From: Cercozoa sp. M6MM
Taxonomy: Eukaryota > Protista > Endomyxa: Ascetosporea
Reading direction: 5' to 3' (one strand)
DNA length: 64,000 nucleotides
Assembly (NCBI GenBank): GCA_040357565.1
Contig: JBDODJ010000055.1
Below, piece by piece: positions 1 through 12,918 of this stretch (positions within the stretch are counted from its first letter, which is position 1; each line of letters opens with the position of its first letter). A program made the translations under genes and the position numbers. A model generated the notes under the pieces. It did not search any database and was not told the origin of the DNA. It saw nothing but the letters and a program-made list of their open reading frames with translations.

Positions 1-1139
1 GTGTGTGTGTGTGTGGGGTCAAAGAAGGTAGCGGGGTGGAGGTAAAGGTTGGCTAAAGCGGGTAAAAGAGGTAAAGGAATGAGAAAGCACCTCAAGCATC
101 ACTTCGCGCAGCTTGTCGTCGCTGCTCGCACCTATACCGCCGAGGGAGTAAGAGTACAAAGGGGTAAGGGGAGAGGTAAAACAGAAGGAAGATGGTACAT
201 GTGACTTCAAAGAACTCGCGCTGCTTGCGCAGTCTCTCGCCGCACACTACAACAGGCAGGTAGGTGGTATGGTAAACTAGTACAGGTATGGTAAGGCAGT
301 ACAGGTATGGTAAGGTAGTACAGGTATGGGAAGGTAGTACAGGTATGATAAGGTAGGAATAAAGAAACATACACTTGAGCGAGAGTCGCGCAATCTCCTG
401 TCGCTTCTGCTTGAGCAGTTCGCCTGTACAAATAGACGGACATGCCGGTTTGAGCCGACAAGCAGTATGGACAAACTGTACCGGTCCGTGGGTCCGGTGA
501 TTCGGCAAAGTACGCTTTTCGCTGTGCCACCTTGCGTGTGCCCTTAATCACGCCTGCGCTTGTTTGTAAAGGGTAGTTGGACTGGTCAATCGTGGACGGT
601 ACAAACTTACCAGCCTGGTGTCCGAACTGTGCACGCAGCTGCGGCGGCAAAAAGTCCTTGCCCTCGCCTGAGTGCAGTGTATAAACATGACGCATAGTTT
701 ACACGTCTATTTTAAAGGAGTGTACCAGCGAGGTGAACCATGACTTCCCGCAAACGCGCGCGTCTGCATAAACAACATCCTTTCCGAACAGCGAGAGAAC
801 TCCAGTCAGTCCAGGCTGATAAGGGTACCTAGCAGCGGCATCTTCGGCAAACACCGTCACTGGCTCGTACAGGGCGCGCAGGCTTCACAGCCACGCAACA
901 ATATCCACATAACAGCACTTCCTCCACCTACACTTGAAGAAAGCACACCAGCTACGGACGTCGGCATCAACCGTCGGCACTGGCACCTTACGGGCCACCT
1001 ACACAGCCCACCGTCCGATATTGGATGTGCCAACAAATTCGAGGGATAAAGCCACCTCCTTGCGCTTGAGGGCCTGAACGAGCTCATTGTGCCGTCTCTG
1101 CGACGCCAGGGCCTCTTCGCTGAAGTGAGAGTCGGCCAT
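1..1139 (-). CDS. PRPF4: U4/U6 snRNP protein PRP4-like, 5' part (multi-exon, runs off the window start)
   Basis: Spliced translation from ATG 1139: MADSHFSEEALASQRRHNELVQALKRKE|VARKVPVPTVDADVRSC|LRALYEPVTVFAEDAAAR|RARLREVM. This matches the PRP4 splicing-factor motif (cf. V(P/S)[32 protein letters not shown]). The WD40 part is not in the window. Confidence 0.8.
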
Positions 1140-1391
1140 GGTGACTAGTACAGGTCCCTTTAGACCCACAAACCCACGTTTAGAGCTAGCAGCACACGCG
1201 TGGATAGGCAGCACAGCTCTGGCTTTAGTGGAACCTCCAACCAGAGCGCAGGTTTTGTTTTGTTAAAAATCAATCAGGACGGAGGAGCCTCTGAGCCGCG
1301 ACCTGGCGCGTCTGGTGGTCTGCAAGCTTGTCGGCAGGCTCTGTTCACGTGAGACGGCGCCCTAGTTTGAAACATCTTGATCAGGGCGGTA

Positions 1392-4288
1392 ATGGAGGAA
1401 CAGTTGTCCCAGCTTCAGCGCGAGCTGGGCGACCTCTCCGAACTCCGTGCCCAAGTCGCGAAGGAGGTGCGACAGCCCGTGTTTTGCGAGTGAAGAAGCC
1501 TGTTTTAATGTGACTGTTTCTCTTTGCAGCGCAGCGCTTTGGAGGCGGAGCTGACCGAGCTGAAGCGTGTACGCGCGGAGGTATGTGACTGTCCAGCGGT
1601 CCAAGTCACGAGAGTGATGTCTTTTGTTTGTGTTTGCACCAGCAGGTGCAGTCGCAACTCGAGGCAGCTCGATCGCAGCAGAGTTTCCAGTCCCAGTCCG
1701 ACTACGACGAGGAGTACGACGACGAGGAGGACGATGACGAAGAGAGCACGCTGGTGCACGTGTTCCTGGTGTTGGAGGATGCGCCGCCAGGTACACCACC
1801 TTTCGACCTTCTGTTTGTATGTGTATTTGTGTGTGTGTGTGCAGTCTGCGTGGGCGGACTCGAGATCAGCGGCGACGGCGCCTCGCTCGCGCACCTCCGC
1901 GGCGCCTGTGGCCAGCTGCGCGACCTGCAGGGCCGCAACTTTACCTTCCTGCGCCGCGTTTCGGTACATTTGGTCGTATTCTCTTTTTAGAAACACTCCT
2001 TTACGGCGTGTGTACAGGAGGGTGGCTACGAGAGTATCGCACGAACACAGGAGCGTCAGTTACGCGCGGCGAATTTTCTGCCATCGCTCTTTGTGGCACT
2101 GCTCGACTCTGAGGGTACTGTGCTCTGTGCACGTACACATGCACTCTACACGTACGTATGCATTGATTACAGACAAGGACGAAAGCGAGGACCTGACGCC
2201 GGCTGGCACGTACATGCGTATTTATGTGTATGCATGTGCACGTATGCATGTGTATGCATGTACGCATATGTGTCATATGCAAACGGAACAGACCGCTGAA
2301 TTTTTCCTTGGCCGCGCTGTCGACGCCGCTGCGAGCGCCGTCGGTTTCAACGCGTCGCAGTATAGTGTCCACACACACCTTGTTCTTTCCTCCTGGCACG
2401 TGCTGACTGACTTCACTTCACTCTTTTGCTTGTGTGTCCAGGTGAAGCAGGCAGCGTTAGTGCCCAAAGCACGGCCACACACACGTGTAAACCTCTTCAC
2501 GGTGTTGCTAGGTATGCGCCACCTTGTCTACCTGCCTTTAGCCAACCTCGACGACACTGACATGTCGCTCATTCGTGACTACGTCACTCCCTTAAATGAG
2601 GGTGGCCTGACTCTTGTCTGTCTGTCTGTACAGTGCCTGCGCACTCGTTTTATTTGTAGACGAGAAGTACACGGCCTGCGAGCACTTGCGTCTGTTGGAG
2701 AAATCTTTTTCGCCTCGTTTGCCGTTCTCGTTGGTGTGAAGCTCCTTTACCTCTTTTACCCCCACCCCCACCCCCCGCTCCCGCCTCTACGTCGTGTGCT
2801 TTAGGTGGACGATGCCATTGTTCCTAATCAAAGTCTCACAACGTATTCGAGCCCTCTAGCACTTGTGTTGTTGATTGGTCACTGTTGCTTCTGCTTGCAG
2901 CGAGCTGCAGCGACGTCTGCTGTTCCACTCGCGTCTGGGCAAGGTACAAACCTCCTGTACAGACCTCGCGTACAAAGCTCCTGTACACAAAATGGGTACG
3001 AATGTACCTACATGTAAAAGGTGTGCCGACGTGGACCGCCCCGAACGTACGAGTTCCACCTTTTTTCCGACGTGCTGGTCTACTCGCGCGCGTACCCTTC
3101 TGGCCTCTCGACCGTGTGTGTGTGTTGCCTTGTTTCTATTGTGTCTACGGTGAGACAGTCGGAGAGGCGGCACCTTCCGAGTGCACCGTGTCATGTATCT
3201 GCCTCCCTTGTGTCCTTGTGTACTGTGTTTGATGTACTGATGATGGGAATGCAGGCCACTGACGCAAGTGGTGGTGATGGAAACGCCTGTTTCGCACTCG
3301 GTATGCTCCCTTTCTTTGTGTTTGGCCATGTATGATATGACCCCACTCCCCCCCCCCCACGTGTGCTTGTAGGACGTGCCGCACTCCTTCCTGCTGTCGT
3401 CATCGACCAAGTCCTTTGTCGTAGCCTCCCTGCCTCACAATACCCCCTTGTCTTTCTGTGTTGTGTGTTTATGCTTTACGGTGTCAGGTGTGTGCCGAGT
3501 CTGAGGTGCTCAAGCGCACCTGGGTACATAGCAACGGACACGCCTAATGTTCATTGTAAGTGTACACCGGCGACTCTTGCAGGTGGCGCTGCTACAACAC
3601 GCGCGACGACTGCAGTTGCAACTGTATCAGAAATATGGCGTTGGTACCCCCTCCTGTTCCTTCGCAGTATGGGTATTGGGGAAGTATTGCGTGTGTTCAG
3701 AGGAAGGCACAGACACGGAAACGGACTCGTTCCTAGCGTCGCCTGCTGGCTCGCCTCTCGCTCCAGGTATAGTTCTCTTACTCGCCGAGTGACCGACATT
3801 CGCTCGGTGCACTTCATGCATGCGCTGCGCAGTATGGCTGCGCGACGAATCGACCAACTCGTGCATGTTGTGCGGCACGGGTTTTCGCACCTTTCGCCGT
3901 CGGCATCACTGTAGCTTCCCTGTTTGATACGGTCATAAGTATGTATATAATTGTATAAGATATGTCTATAAAACATCTGTATATTATATGTATATATATA
4001 TTGCACTTGCTGTGTTTGCTGTGACTAGGCCGTCAGTGTGGACGCGTCGTGTGCGCCGAGTGCAGTCGCGGCAGGGTACTTCAGTAGCCATGCGCACACT
4101 TGCAAAACACATGGGTCGTTATTTCGCTTTCTGCAGGCACTCGTGGCAGAGGTCAACAACAGCAAACCTGTCAGGTACTTTTGCTTTGGCTTTTTTCTGT
4201 ACGGTTTTGTAAGGAACTCTTCATTTTCTTGCATCGCAGGGTGTGTATCGGGTGCGAGGGTCGCTCTGAGACACGTCTCGTGTCCTAA
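1392..4288 (+). CDS. PH- and FYVE-domain protein with N-terminal coiled coil (Phafin/PLEKHF-like C-terminus)
   Basis: Exons give KVCRRGPPRTYEFHLFSDVLVYSR and CAESEVLKRTW (PH), then WLRDESTNSCMLCGTGFRTFRRRHH|CRQCGRVVCAECSRGR|...KPVR|VCIGCE. The FYVE WxxD, RRHHCR and RVC motifs are all present. Stop TAA at 4288. Confidence 0.85.
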
Positions 4289-4855
4289 CGTGACACCTCC
4301 TCCCGACTACTGTCGGTGACGTGTTTTGTTACTGTCAACATCAAACAACCTACTCGGCTGACTACTTGCTCCGCGTGGAAGCAACTATCAGTCATGCCAA
4401 ATAAGAATTGAAGTGTTTTGCTAAGGTTCAGAGCTGGTAACCTGACAATTGAGTGCTGCCTAGCTTGGCATACCCTGTGTTTGGTAGAGTGGCGAGCAGC
4501 TTGAAACTGCTGCAAGAATTGAATAAAGACCCTCTTTCCAATACCAGGTACCTCAGGGATACTGTGCTTGTTGACACCAAAGCAACTGACTTGCTCTAGC
4601 TTGAGCAGGCAAGAGGGTTTGTTTTTCTTTTGTTCATCATCGAACAAGCCCCTCAACACTCTCAACTGTAACGACGGCCCTACCTTGGGGTAACCTTCTC
4701 TCTTCTGATATCTTTCGATTTATTGAGACGTCGAACGAACACTAAATTAAACGACCTTACATTCTTACTTTCTTTAGTCGTTGTCTTCACTAAAATTGAC
4801 AATCTCTCAATCAACAGTTTCCTATCTTCGGTCGGACTGTTTACGTTACGTTACG

Positions 4856-4917
4856 TTAGTTAGTTGGTCGAGTCTTCTAGGAAACCAACTAAGTAGTTCC
4901 CCTACACCAGTCCGGGG
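4856..4917 (+). repeat. Dispersed ~60-bp motif, copy A
   Basis: TTAGTTAGTTGGTCGAGTCTTCTAGGAAACCAACTAAGTAGTTCCCCTACACCAGTCC aligns by eye with copies at 35431, 35782 and 50470 (-). Confidence 0.7.
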
Positions 4918-5249
4918 TGGGTCACAAGAGCATGGTCGTGTCTACCGCCCGCTTACGTACTGTCGTGTTAAGTTATTTACGCATGAACCGAACTACTACA
5001 TCCGCGCGGAAAAGTCTCTCTCTGTGCTGAGAAAGCTGTAACAAGGAATTACAACCGCACGTGTGATTGCCAGGATCGGAGCCCGGAGATGCTTCACCTG
5101 GATAGTAGAGAGGCTTTTGGCAAGGGTAAGGAGGTAAGCAACACCCTCGGAAGGTCAGGGTACCAGTTAAAACACAGGACCCTGAGTGAGTGCAACATTT
5201 TCCCACGTGGCGCACCGGGACTCAGACAGACCTGACTGACCGGATTGTG
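4905..5249 (+). ncRNA. Putative structured ncRNA with RNase MRP-like landmarks
   Basis: Terminal helix CACCAGTCCGG/CCGGATTGTG. Landmarks in MRP-like order: GAAAAGTCTC (CR-I-like), GCT-GAGAA-AGC (GARAR pentaloop), TGTAA/TTACA hairpin, AGTTA (CR-IV-like), GGGACTCA (CR-V-like). Non-Watson-Crick pairs in the stems are mostly G-U on the + strand. Confidence 0.4.
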
Positions 5250-5795
5250 AATATCGTTTCCTACCCGGCAAATCCGTGACACACCACTTACGATATCGAT
5301 TTTATCCGACCGTACGGACTGTGGTACGGGACCGGGCTCGGCGCATGGAAGTTACGTGCACGATATCACTCACGATCGTATGCACGTGCTGCCTCGCCTC
5401 ATTATCACCTTGCAGGCGTCGCATGTGTACAGCGCCGGTACGACATGCGATGGTACGATACGATCAAACTACCGGATATCACTACGGCATGCGATGGTTC
5501 AGTGCTGCACGTACCTACGCTAAAGTACGGTAACTAACGCCTGACGGTACCATACCATACCGTCACAGTTGTAAATACCTGTAAGTATCGATACGGAAAC
5601 GAACTGAAACATTAATGCCGTGCCGACGACCCATAACCAAAAAACGCCGCCAGATACTTGCGATGAGCTGCAGTAAACTTAGTAAACTGAAACAGCCCAA
5701 GGTAACTCTGGGCCGCCTTTCACTCCCCGAGTCGTCGGTCTAGTCAATTGTCGGTGCAAGTGCTTGCATCTATTCAGCGGGTTTGGTTCCTCCTG

Positions 5796-8700
5796 TTAGT
5801 CCTGCTGCGGCTGCAAGCCGACGACGCCGTCGACGAGCTGAGTTCGTGTGCACATGTGCAACCGTGACAACGGAATAGCGAAATGGTACAATGTGTTATA
5901 TAGTACCGTGCTTGGCGGCAGCTCGCTTTCGCTGGTCAAGGTCAAACTGCACCTTCTGGATTCCTGCAGATCAATTGCAAACAATAAACTGGGTTCCACA
6001 AGAACAAACATTTATGAGATTGCTGTTTTACTTGGCATTAAGGTGTTAAGCATGTATTCCGAGTTCGGTAACAGTCGAAACGGCAGAAGTTTGTGTTGTT
6101 CGTCATACGATTTATTGAGCTGATCCAATTCATATTGGTCATTGAACAAAGCAGCTTCTTCCGCCCTCATGAGGAGCTGTTCCCAGGACTGTTCTCCGAT
6201 CACACCTTCACCTTCTTTCGACTGAGGCGGGTGCCTGACGGTAGCATAATCACCGAATTCGCCTCGGAGAATAGCCTGCGCTTTTGCGAACTTGTACTCA
6301 GGGCTCTGGCTCCATTTCTCGACGGCCAAGTGCTTCGTGCGGTTGTACTCAATCACAGACTTTCTGTAGGCGTAAATGCGCTCTCGTAGGTCCTCCAGCA
6401 GTACCGAAATCTTCGCTGCATCATCTGTGTGCAGCGAAGGTCGGTACTGCATCAATGAACAACAAATTGTTAGACTCGAGAGTTCCCCGGGGTGTTAGTT
6501 AGTCCTGTGCGAGTACATACCTCAGGGTAGATTGAATAGAGATGTCTTCGCGTATTGTTGACGAGAGAGTGTGAGATGTTGTGCGGCACGAGCTGATGTG
6601 GAGGAATTGGCTTGAACTCAAACGTCCGTGCTGCCTTTGACTCACCCAGTTGGGTGGACAGCGCAGTCACATGGGCGACCATACGAGCTGCCTTCACGAA
6701 TTTCTTGGTTTGGTCGCTTTGCGAAGGTGTGCTTTGCTGACGCGTCTCAAACATCTGGCGACGTGTCAGGTCCAAGTGCTACATCGCAGTGAAATTGAGC
6801 GGATACGGCTGTGCCTTTCCTGTAATTCAGGTACCATGAGTAGCAGCGCCAGTTGGGCTGCTCGTTTCGCCAAAAGACAGCGCACTGCACGCTGGCAAGT
6901 CGAAACAATCGTCCGAAAGCGCTTGATGACCACTTGCACCATTGAGGTTTGCTTTTTTCTTTGCATCATCTGAATCAGACTGACTGCGACAACTCGTGCC
7001 GCGCGCTGTTTTTTTCGCACGCGCAGTTGCACCACCAAGCGCAAAAAGTGCGGACGCATTGCTGCTCGCAGCATTCTTCGGCGTGGAAGCACATCCTTCG
7101 CATACCGCTTCCACATGCGCTGCACGGTCAGTGCGGCTCGCAGACGCGCCGCATTTATTCGAGCACGCGTTTGTCGAGCGATAACGGGCTCACTTAGACG
7201 CTTCGCAAAGATCGAGAGCAGTAACCCTGCAAAACGTTATGAAACAGTTTTATGCGACGCGCGGCAAACCATTGTGAAACGTACACTTTTTCCACGCACT
7301 TTTTCGCATGGACTCGGCTTCTTCTTTCAGCAGAGGGTCTGCTTGTTGCAAGATATCGACTCCATGTTTTTGCGCCTGAGAAGTTTAGCTTTAGATGTGA
7401 TACAGAAGAGATTGCGTAAATGTACCAACGACAGAATCCTCTTTTGTCGCTCAACGCGAGTTCGCTGCTTTCGCCTAGCTGCGACGAGGGAGACACGCGC
7501 TGCAGACGATAGCATAATCAAGGACTTCCGCTTCATATCGGCAGCTATCTGGGCCACTTCGGCAAAAGGTCGTTCTTCAGGCTGGACGAACTTTGTCTGC
7601 CTTCGTTGCAGCCACATTGCTCGCTCACGTTTTACATCTTCCATGCTTCGCCTGAGAGTGTGACGCCGCTTGCGAACCGGCTTTGATTTAACTTTTTGAG
7701 TCACTGCCGAGGCACTAAGGGGGCGTCTCGACGTGCCGAAAGAATAGGCTGCAGGAGACCTGGACGACAGAGTTCTCGCACTTTGTGGCCGTGTGTGTCT
7801 AATCACAACAGAACGTAAAAATTTACAATACGTCATTAAAATGGGGGGGCGGACACCTGAAGTACGAGGCTGGTCCAGGACATCTCGCGCTGATCGCTAC
7901 TTGACGCGTGGTCGCGGAGGGTCTTCCCAAATGACTCAAGTCGAGTGTGGGGATGCGTGGTTTCACTGCTGCGTCTAGTGGGGTATCAATCTGTGACACA
8001 AAACGAGCGGCCTGTGTCGCACCGAGGTCCTTGAGATCTTGTTTTGCTCGGCCGCTTCGAGTGGCTTTTCCAAACTGGGCACTACGGTCCATGACAACCA
8101 GTCCGTGGAGCGAAGCCAGGGCTTTCTATGGTTTAAATTACCTCTTTGCAGAAGGCTCGATGCTCGAGAATTTCGGGGAGTATGAACCTGGACCAACAAA
8201 GCATTGAGCAGGTGATCGCTGGGGAGGTTCACGACTGCTCTGAGCGTAGAAAAGAACACTGCTTTTGTTGGGTGCTTTGAGCGAAATCGGTGGTCCAACT
8301 TCCATGCTCATTTCGCCAATTTCTTCGGCACCTCCTTTTAGCAGATTAAACAACTCCTGCTCGTTGACGGGGGTAACTTTGACGGAAGGTTTTGAGCGAG
8401 ATAGAACTGTCTTGTCAACAGGTTCTTGCTCGTCAAACGCATAGGCGAACAATCTTTGGCCGCGAGGTGTGAGTTGTGTAGACGGTGAGTGGTATTCAAA
8501 TGCAGGTGTGGCGGCGCACTCTCGTTGTTTCTGTCTCCGGTTGACCTCGAAGGCGACAGCATCGTTGAGCTTCTCATCAACGGGCAGAATGCTGTCAATT
8601 TGGGCTGCAAAGCTCCCAACGGGTGGTTTACGCCTTTTTCGTAGCCTGAGTACTCGCCGCTGCGATTTACACATCCTAGTCACCGCTTTCGCCGCAGGGG

Positions 8701-11400
8701 GTACTGATGTCTCATCTTCATTGCTCGGGTCATCCTAAAAGAAACATTGTATTTTAGACCACTGCACCGCATGGCGCGTGCTTCAGGAGTATACAAGGAG
8801 GCCAAGCTGATTCCAATCGACGTTCACCTCGACAGATTTCACAGTTGTTTCTCTGCAACTGAAGGCTGTCCTTTCGCCATTGTCGAGATTGCTATAATAG
8901 GGGGTCTCCTTCAGCGAGCAAACCTCAGTCTTGCAGTGTTTTGTTCGTTCGACATGCGCAACGTGGTCTGCAGCTGTATCTTGCACCCAGTGTCGTTCTA
9001 AATGGTTCAATTTATGGTAATGACTATAGAGTCCACCCCACAACCGAAGACCTGCAGTTGCTCGTGATCACTTGCGGGTACCAGCGTGTCGAAGCAGGAG
9101 TAGCTTACTGCGAACGTCTGCTTTCTTTAGTGCATTGAGTCGCTGATTGCGAAAAAACTGCCAGCGAAACTCTTCCTAAGTCCCATACCAAACTACGTCG
9201 GCTTTTTTGTAAGATATTGAATTCGAGTACCTCGGAGGCCTTTTTCCGCAACCGCCGCTGTACCTTAGCACGAAGCTTTTTTGCAAGCCCTCGTGCTGCC
9301 AAGACGTTAGCGAACCCGTGCTTTCCAAGCCCGAAATTTCAAAGGTAAAAATGAGCAGCTGAAGTCACTTGCAAACGCAAACTGAGATTGGTTTACCGTT
9401 TGTTTGCGCTCGCGAAACTGGATACTGAAGTGTGTTTTAGACATATTCTCAAAGCCAGAACCCCAGTTAGCTTACACAACGCCACGATGAAGAAGTTGCG
9501 AAGACAGCGTTTTCCACCCGACCTTGACGTGTCACTGTACCCTCGCAGGGTCAGACAGTTTGTCTTCAGTTTCGTGAATCGTACCAGCACAGCACATATG
9601 ACTGAAATAAATAACCTGAAAGAGCCTAAGCCCGCAGGCGAATCCGGAACTGACTGTCTAACCTGTGGAAAGCACGTATAATTTTAATTCACTAGGAGTT
9701 CTCTGCATGGGTGAGGTCGACTATCTCCACTTGCGACAGGCGACTGACCGAATCTACTTGCAGTTCGTGGTCCGCTGCAGTCGGTTTGTCGTTGAAGTTG
9801 AAGCTGGTTTGCTTGTCTCCACGGGAACCATGCAGTGCGTGGGTCATAACACACATTGTCGTCGAAAATGCAATGGAGCGCTAATACAACATATTCCGAC
9901 AGTTTCTTCATCCATAGCTGAGACCCCTGTTCCAGTTTTCTCCCCCCCCCTTGTTGGAAACTGACACAGTACCGTCGCATCGACGATAGCGTCGAAAACC
10001 TCGCCCTGAAGCCCACGAGATTCCGAGTCAGAAGTGTATTGGTTCTGGATCATGTCGGCAATGTTGAGCGATGCTAGTGCAAACGTTGACACTCCCAAAG
10101 TGACCAACAACCGCGTTGGCAAAACTGGAACGAATTTGACTGCAAATAACTTCTTTTTAGCGGAGCGCGCCGTGACGACGAAATGGATAAATGCAGTAAA
10201 TTTAATGAGCACCTGCAGCTGGCGAGGGGATATTCTGCGCGAAGATAACGAACGCAACGGCGGTAAAAGCTAGTATCAAGGCACTTGCAAGAAGGAAGGC
10301 CCAAAGTAGGTGTGAATTTAGTCGGCGCTTTTTCCAAGATGGTGTAGCGACCTCAGTTGTCAATTCTGGGAGTTCAACAAATATACATTTTCTAAATACA
10401 CTGCGAGAAGCTTGCCTGTTTGGTACTTACCGGAAAGCAGGACAAAAGGGACAATAGTCAATGCAAAGGCCGAGGTGACGGCATCGCACCACGCCCATTT
10501 TATAGACCTGTGCCTGTCGCAGCTCGTTTGTGAGGTAGGAGAGAGTATGGACGAACTAGATATTTCCACAGATTTCCAAAACAGGCTCACGCAACCGGAC
10601 CTGTTCGCACACAAACACGATAGCAAGATTGTCGTTGGGAAGTGCGTTGAAGTTCAGTCGTACATAAAGGCAGCGCAACAAAGTGATGCAAACACCGTCG
10701 CGGTAGCTGCAGATGGTACCATGAAACAGTAATCTCCTGCGCGACACAGAGTTTCAAACGGTGCCACAAGACTGCTCACGATCTGAACAGCGGGGCAGTG
10801 AGCAGTTTAAATGGGTATCTAAATTCGAGGGTAGGCTCCTACCAAGATGGCCAAGGCAGACGACGTCGGACTTCTGCTCTGGCGCCACTTCAGTGAAAAC
10901 ATCAGCAAAATAGGGACTACATTGGCAATGAGAGCGACGCTATCCAGAACACGAAGAGCTGAGAGGTCGTGCCTGCTTTTAACCCCACAGTTGCTTCCGA
11001 CGAAACCATCTGCCAGTGGTTCAAACCCAACCCAAGATGACACCGTGAACAGTTGCAGTCTAGTTTCAACATTCCTCGTACCACGGCAAGCGCACTTGGC
11101 AAATACGAAGTTGCCCCACTCGGAGTTTGGCGAGCGATCTAAGACAGTATCAAAATGTCCTACCGTCGCATCTGCCAATGGACGAATTCGGTACCATACA
11201 CTCGAAGACAGAGGCCGCGCGAATTCCCTCCGCACGCAACGCCTTCGAAAGGCTCACACCGTGGGTATGGCGGTAACTTCAGCTCCTGTATTGACAAAGA
11301 CCACTCAGCTTTAAACAACTGAAATCCTCAAACAACTGAACTGGGGGAGAAAATGACTACTTTGTTCACCTGAACATCGTACTCTAGCCGCATACAAGGC
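5796..11400 (-). CDS. One or more multi-exon hypothetical genes; basic, coiled-coil, IQ-like and PGxY-type motifs
   Basis: Chain of minus-strand ORFs joined by GT-AG introns (8138-8683, 7823-8092, 7327-7836, 6766-7125, 6470-6775, 6012-6455). Motifs include VQRMWKRY, CQRAVRCLLAKR and VGPGSYSPKF. The 5' boundary and number of genes are unresolved. Confidence 0.5.
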
Positions 11401-11674
11401 CTCCACTGCGATAAACTCACTGAACAACGCGAATACTAGGCATGCATGTCAACTTATTCTGCTCTTCCGCGCGGAGATTTGGGGAAAATGGCATGTGGAT
11501 GATAAATTGCAAAAAACCTCTTCGTAAGATCCAAAGTGTGTCTCACTTTGTTCCCGCGCCTTCTGACATGAGCCAAGAGAAGCTCAAAGAAGCATCTGAT
11601 GACGAGAAAGAATGCGAACGGCTTCCAAGGCAGGTGCATTCAATTTTGATTGCCATGTGTGGGGGTCCCTTGCT

Positions 11675-12694
11675 ATGGTGGGCGACACTGTTCAGTACAA
11701 AGTCGTGGTTCTTGGCAACGGCGCGGTGGGAAAAACCTCCCTTTGCAATCGCTTCGTCGAAGGTGCCTTTGCCGACAGTTACAGGCAAACCATAGGACTT
11801 GACTTCTTCATCAAAAAGCTGGAGTTGGGAAGAAAGGGTGGCACTGCGGCTTTGCAAATATGGTACCTCAGCCCTTGCTTGACCTTGACTGTACAGACTG
11901 CAGACGGAATTTAGTAGGGACATCGGAGGAATGTCACTGGGCTCGAGGATGCTGCAAAAATACGTGTACGGAGCGGATGCCGTGCTCCTCGTGTATGACA
12001 TAACTTGTGAAGCTAGCTTCCTCGACCTAGAAGCGTGGCTTGAGATGTCAAAGCTTGCACTACGACGCTCCCAAAACAGTACACTTTGCTCCGAGTCGCT
12101 TAACCTCAAGTTGTTTATTCTGGCGTCGCATGTGTAGGGACACTCTTTGCACTCGTCGCGAACAAATCAGACCTTGGTCATGCTCGCGCGGTCGAGCTTC
12201 GGGCTGACTTACACTTTAGTTCCAGGCACAAAATAGACTACTCGTTTGTGGTAAGTGCAAAGACTGGTGACTCGGTGCGAAAGGCTTTTATCAAGGTACA
12301 GTTTGACATATCGATAATTATACACGTTGCACACTCTCAGCGGCTCGCTTGAGCAACTACCGATGTGTATTTTATGCAGATCGCGGGAGCATTGAGTGGA
12401 CTATCAGACTGCGAAATCGAGGAACAGTGCGAAGAAGTGGTACCGTAGCTTTTAAGCTGATCATACGCACCTGCTGGTGGTAGGTTAAAAAATTGCCCGT
12501 CGCACCCTGAGCAGAACGTCGTTGATGCTGAGGTGGTGCATTACCCGACTACTGTGGACACTTCGTCTCGCGCACGTGTCGTGATGCCACAACATGAGCG
12601 GCTGAAGCATCAGTCCGAACATGAGCAATTGCGACGCGCTGGCGAAAAGCTTATGCCAGAACAGCGGAAACGGCGTCGATGTCTTATTATGTGA
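11675..12694 (+). CDS. RAB28: Rab28-like small GTPase (5 exons)
   Basis: YKVVVLGNGAVGKTS, YRQTIGLDFF, LQIW|DIGG (G3 box of the Rab28 type), VANKSDL, VSAKTG, and a C-terminal CAAX box (CLIM*). Confidence 0.8.
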
Positions 12695-12918
12695 TCTCTA
12701 AAAATCACTTTTAGCCTTTCTGGGTTAGTTTCAGTTTCTTGGTGCAGAACATAAATTTATTCTGTCGTTGTATAATCCTCGCAATCTTAAAGGTATCTTG
12801 ATACGTTACCGGCAGCCAAAGCCAGGGTGTTTGGCGCGGCGTTTCTCCGACTTTCTCGTCAGGGAGGCAAATACCAAAAGAGAAACATTTTTTCGAGTTC
12901 CCATGCCTAGCCAGAGGC

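Noticed and set aside
4285-4665. ORF with helix-hairpin-helix-like IPEVPGIGKR
   Set aside because: A single short motif with no ATG start and no supporting exons that I could identify.
5005-5240. Cobalamin riboswitch reading of the structured region (GCTGTAA, CGGAAGG, ACTCAGACAGACCTGAC resembling a B12 box)
   Set aside because: It lacks the GGGAA/GGTG-AA-TCC and CCCCGC core elements, lies 25 kb from the B12-dependent gene and is not in a clear UTR.
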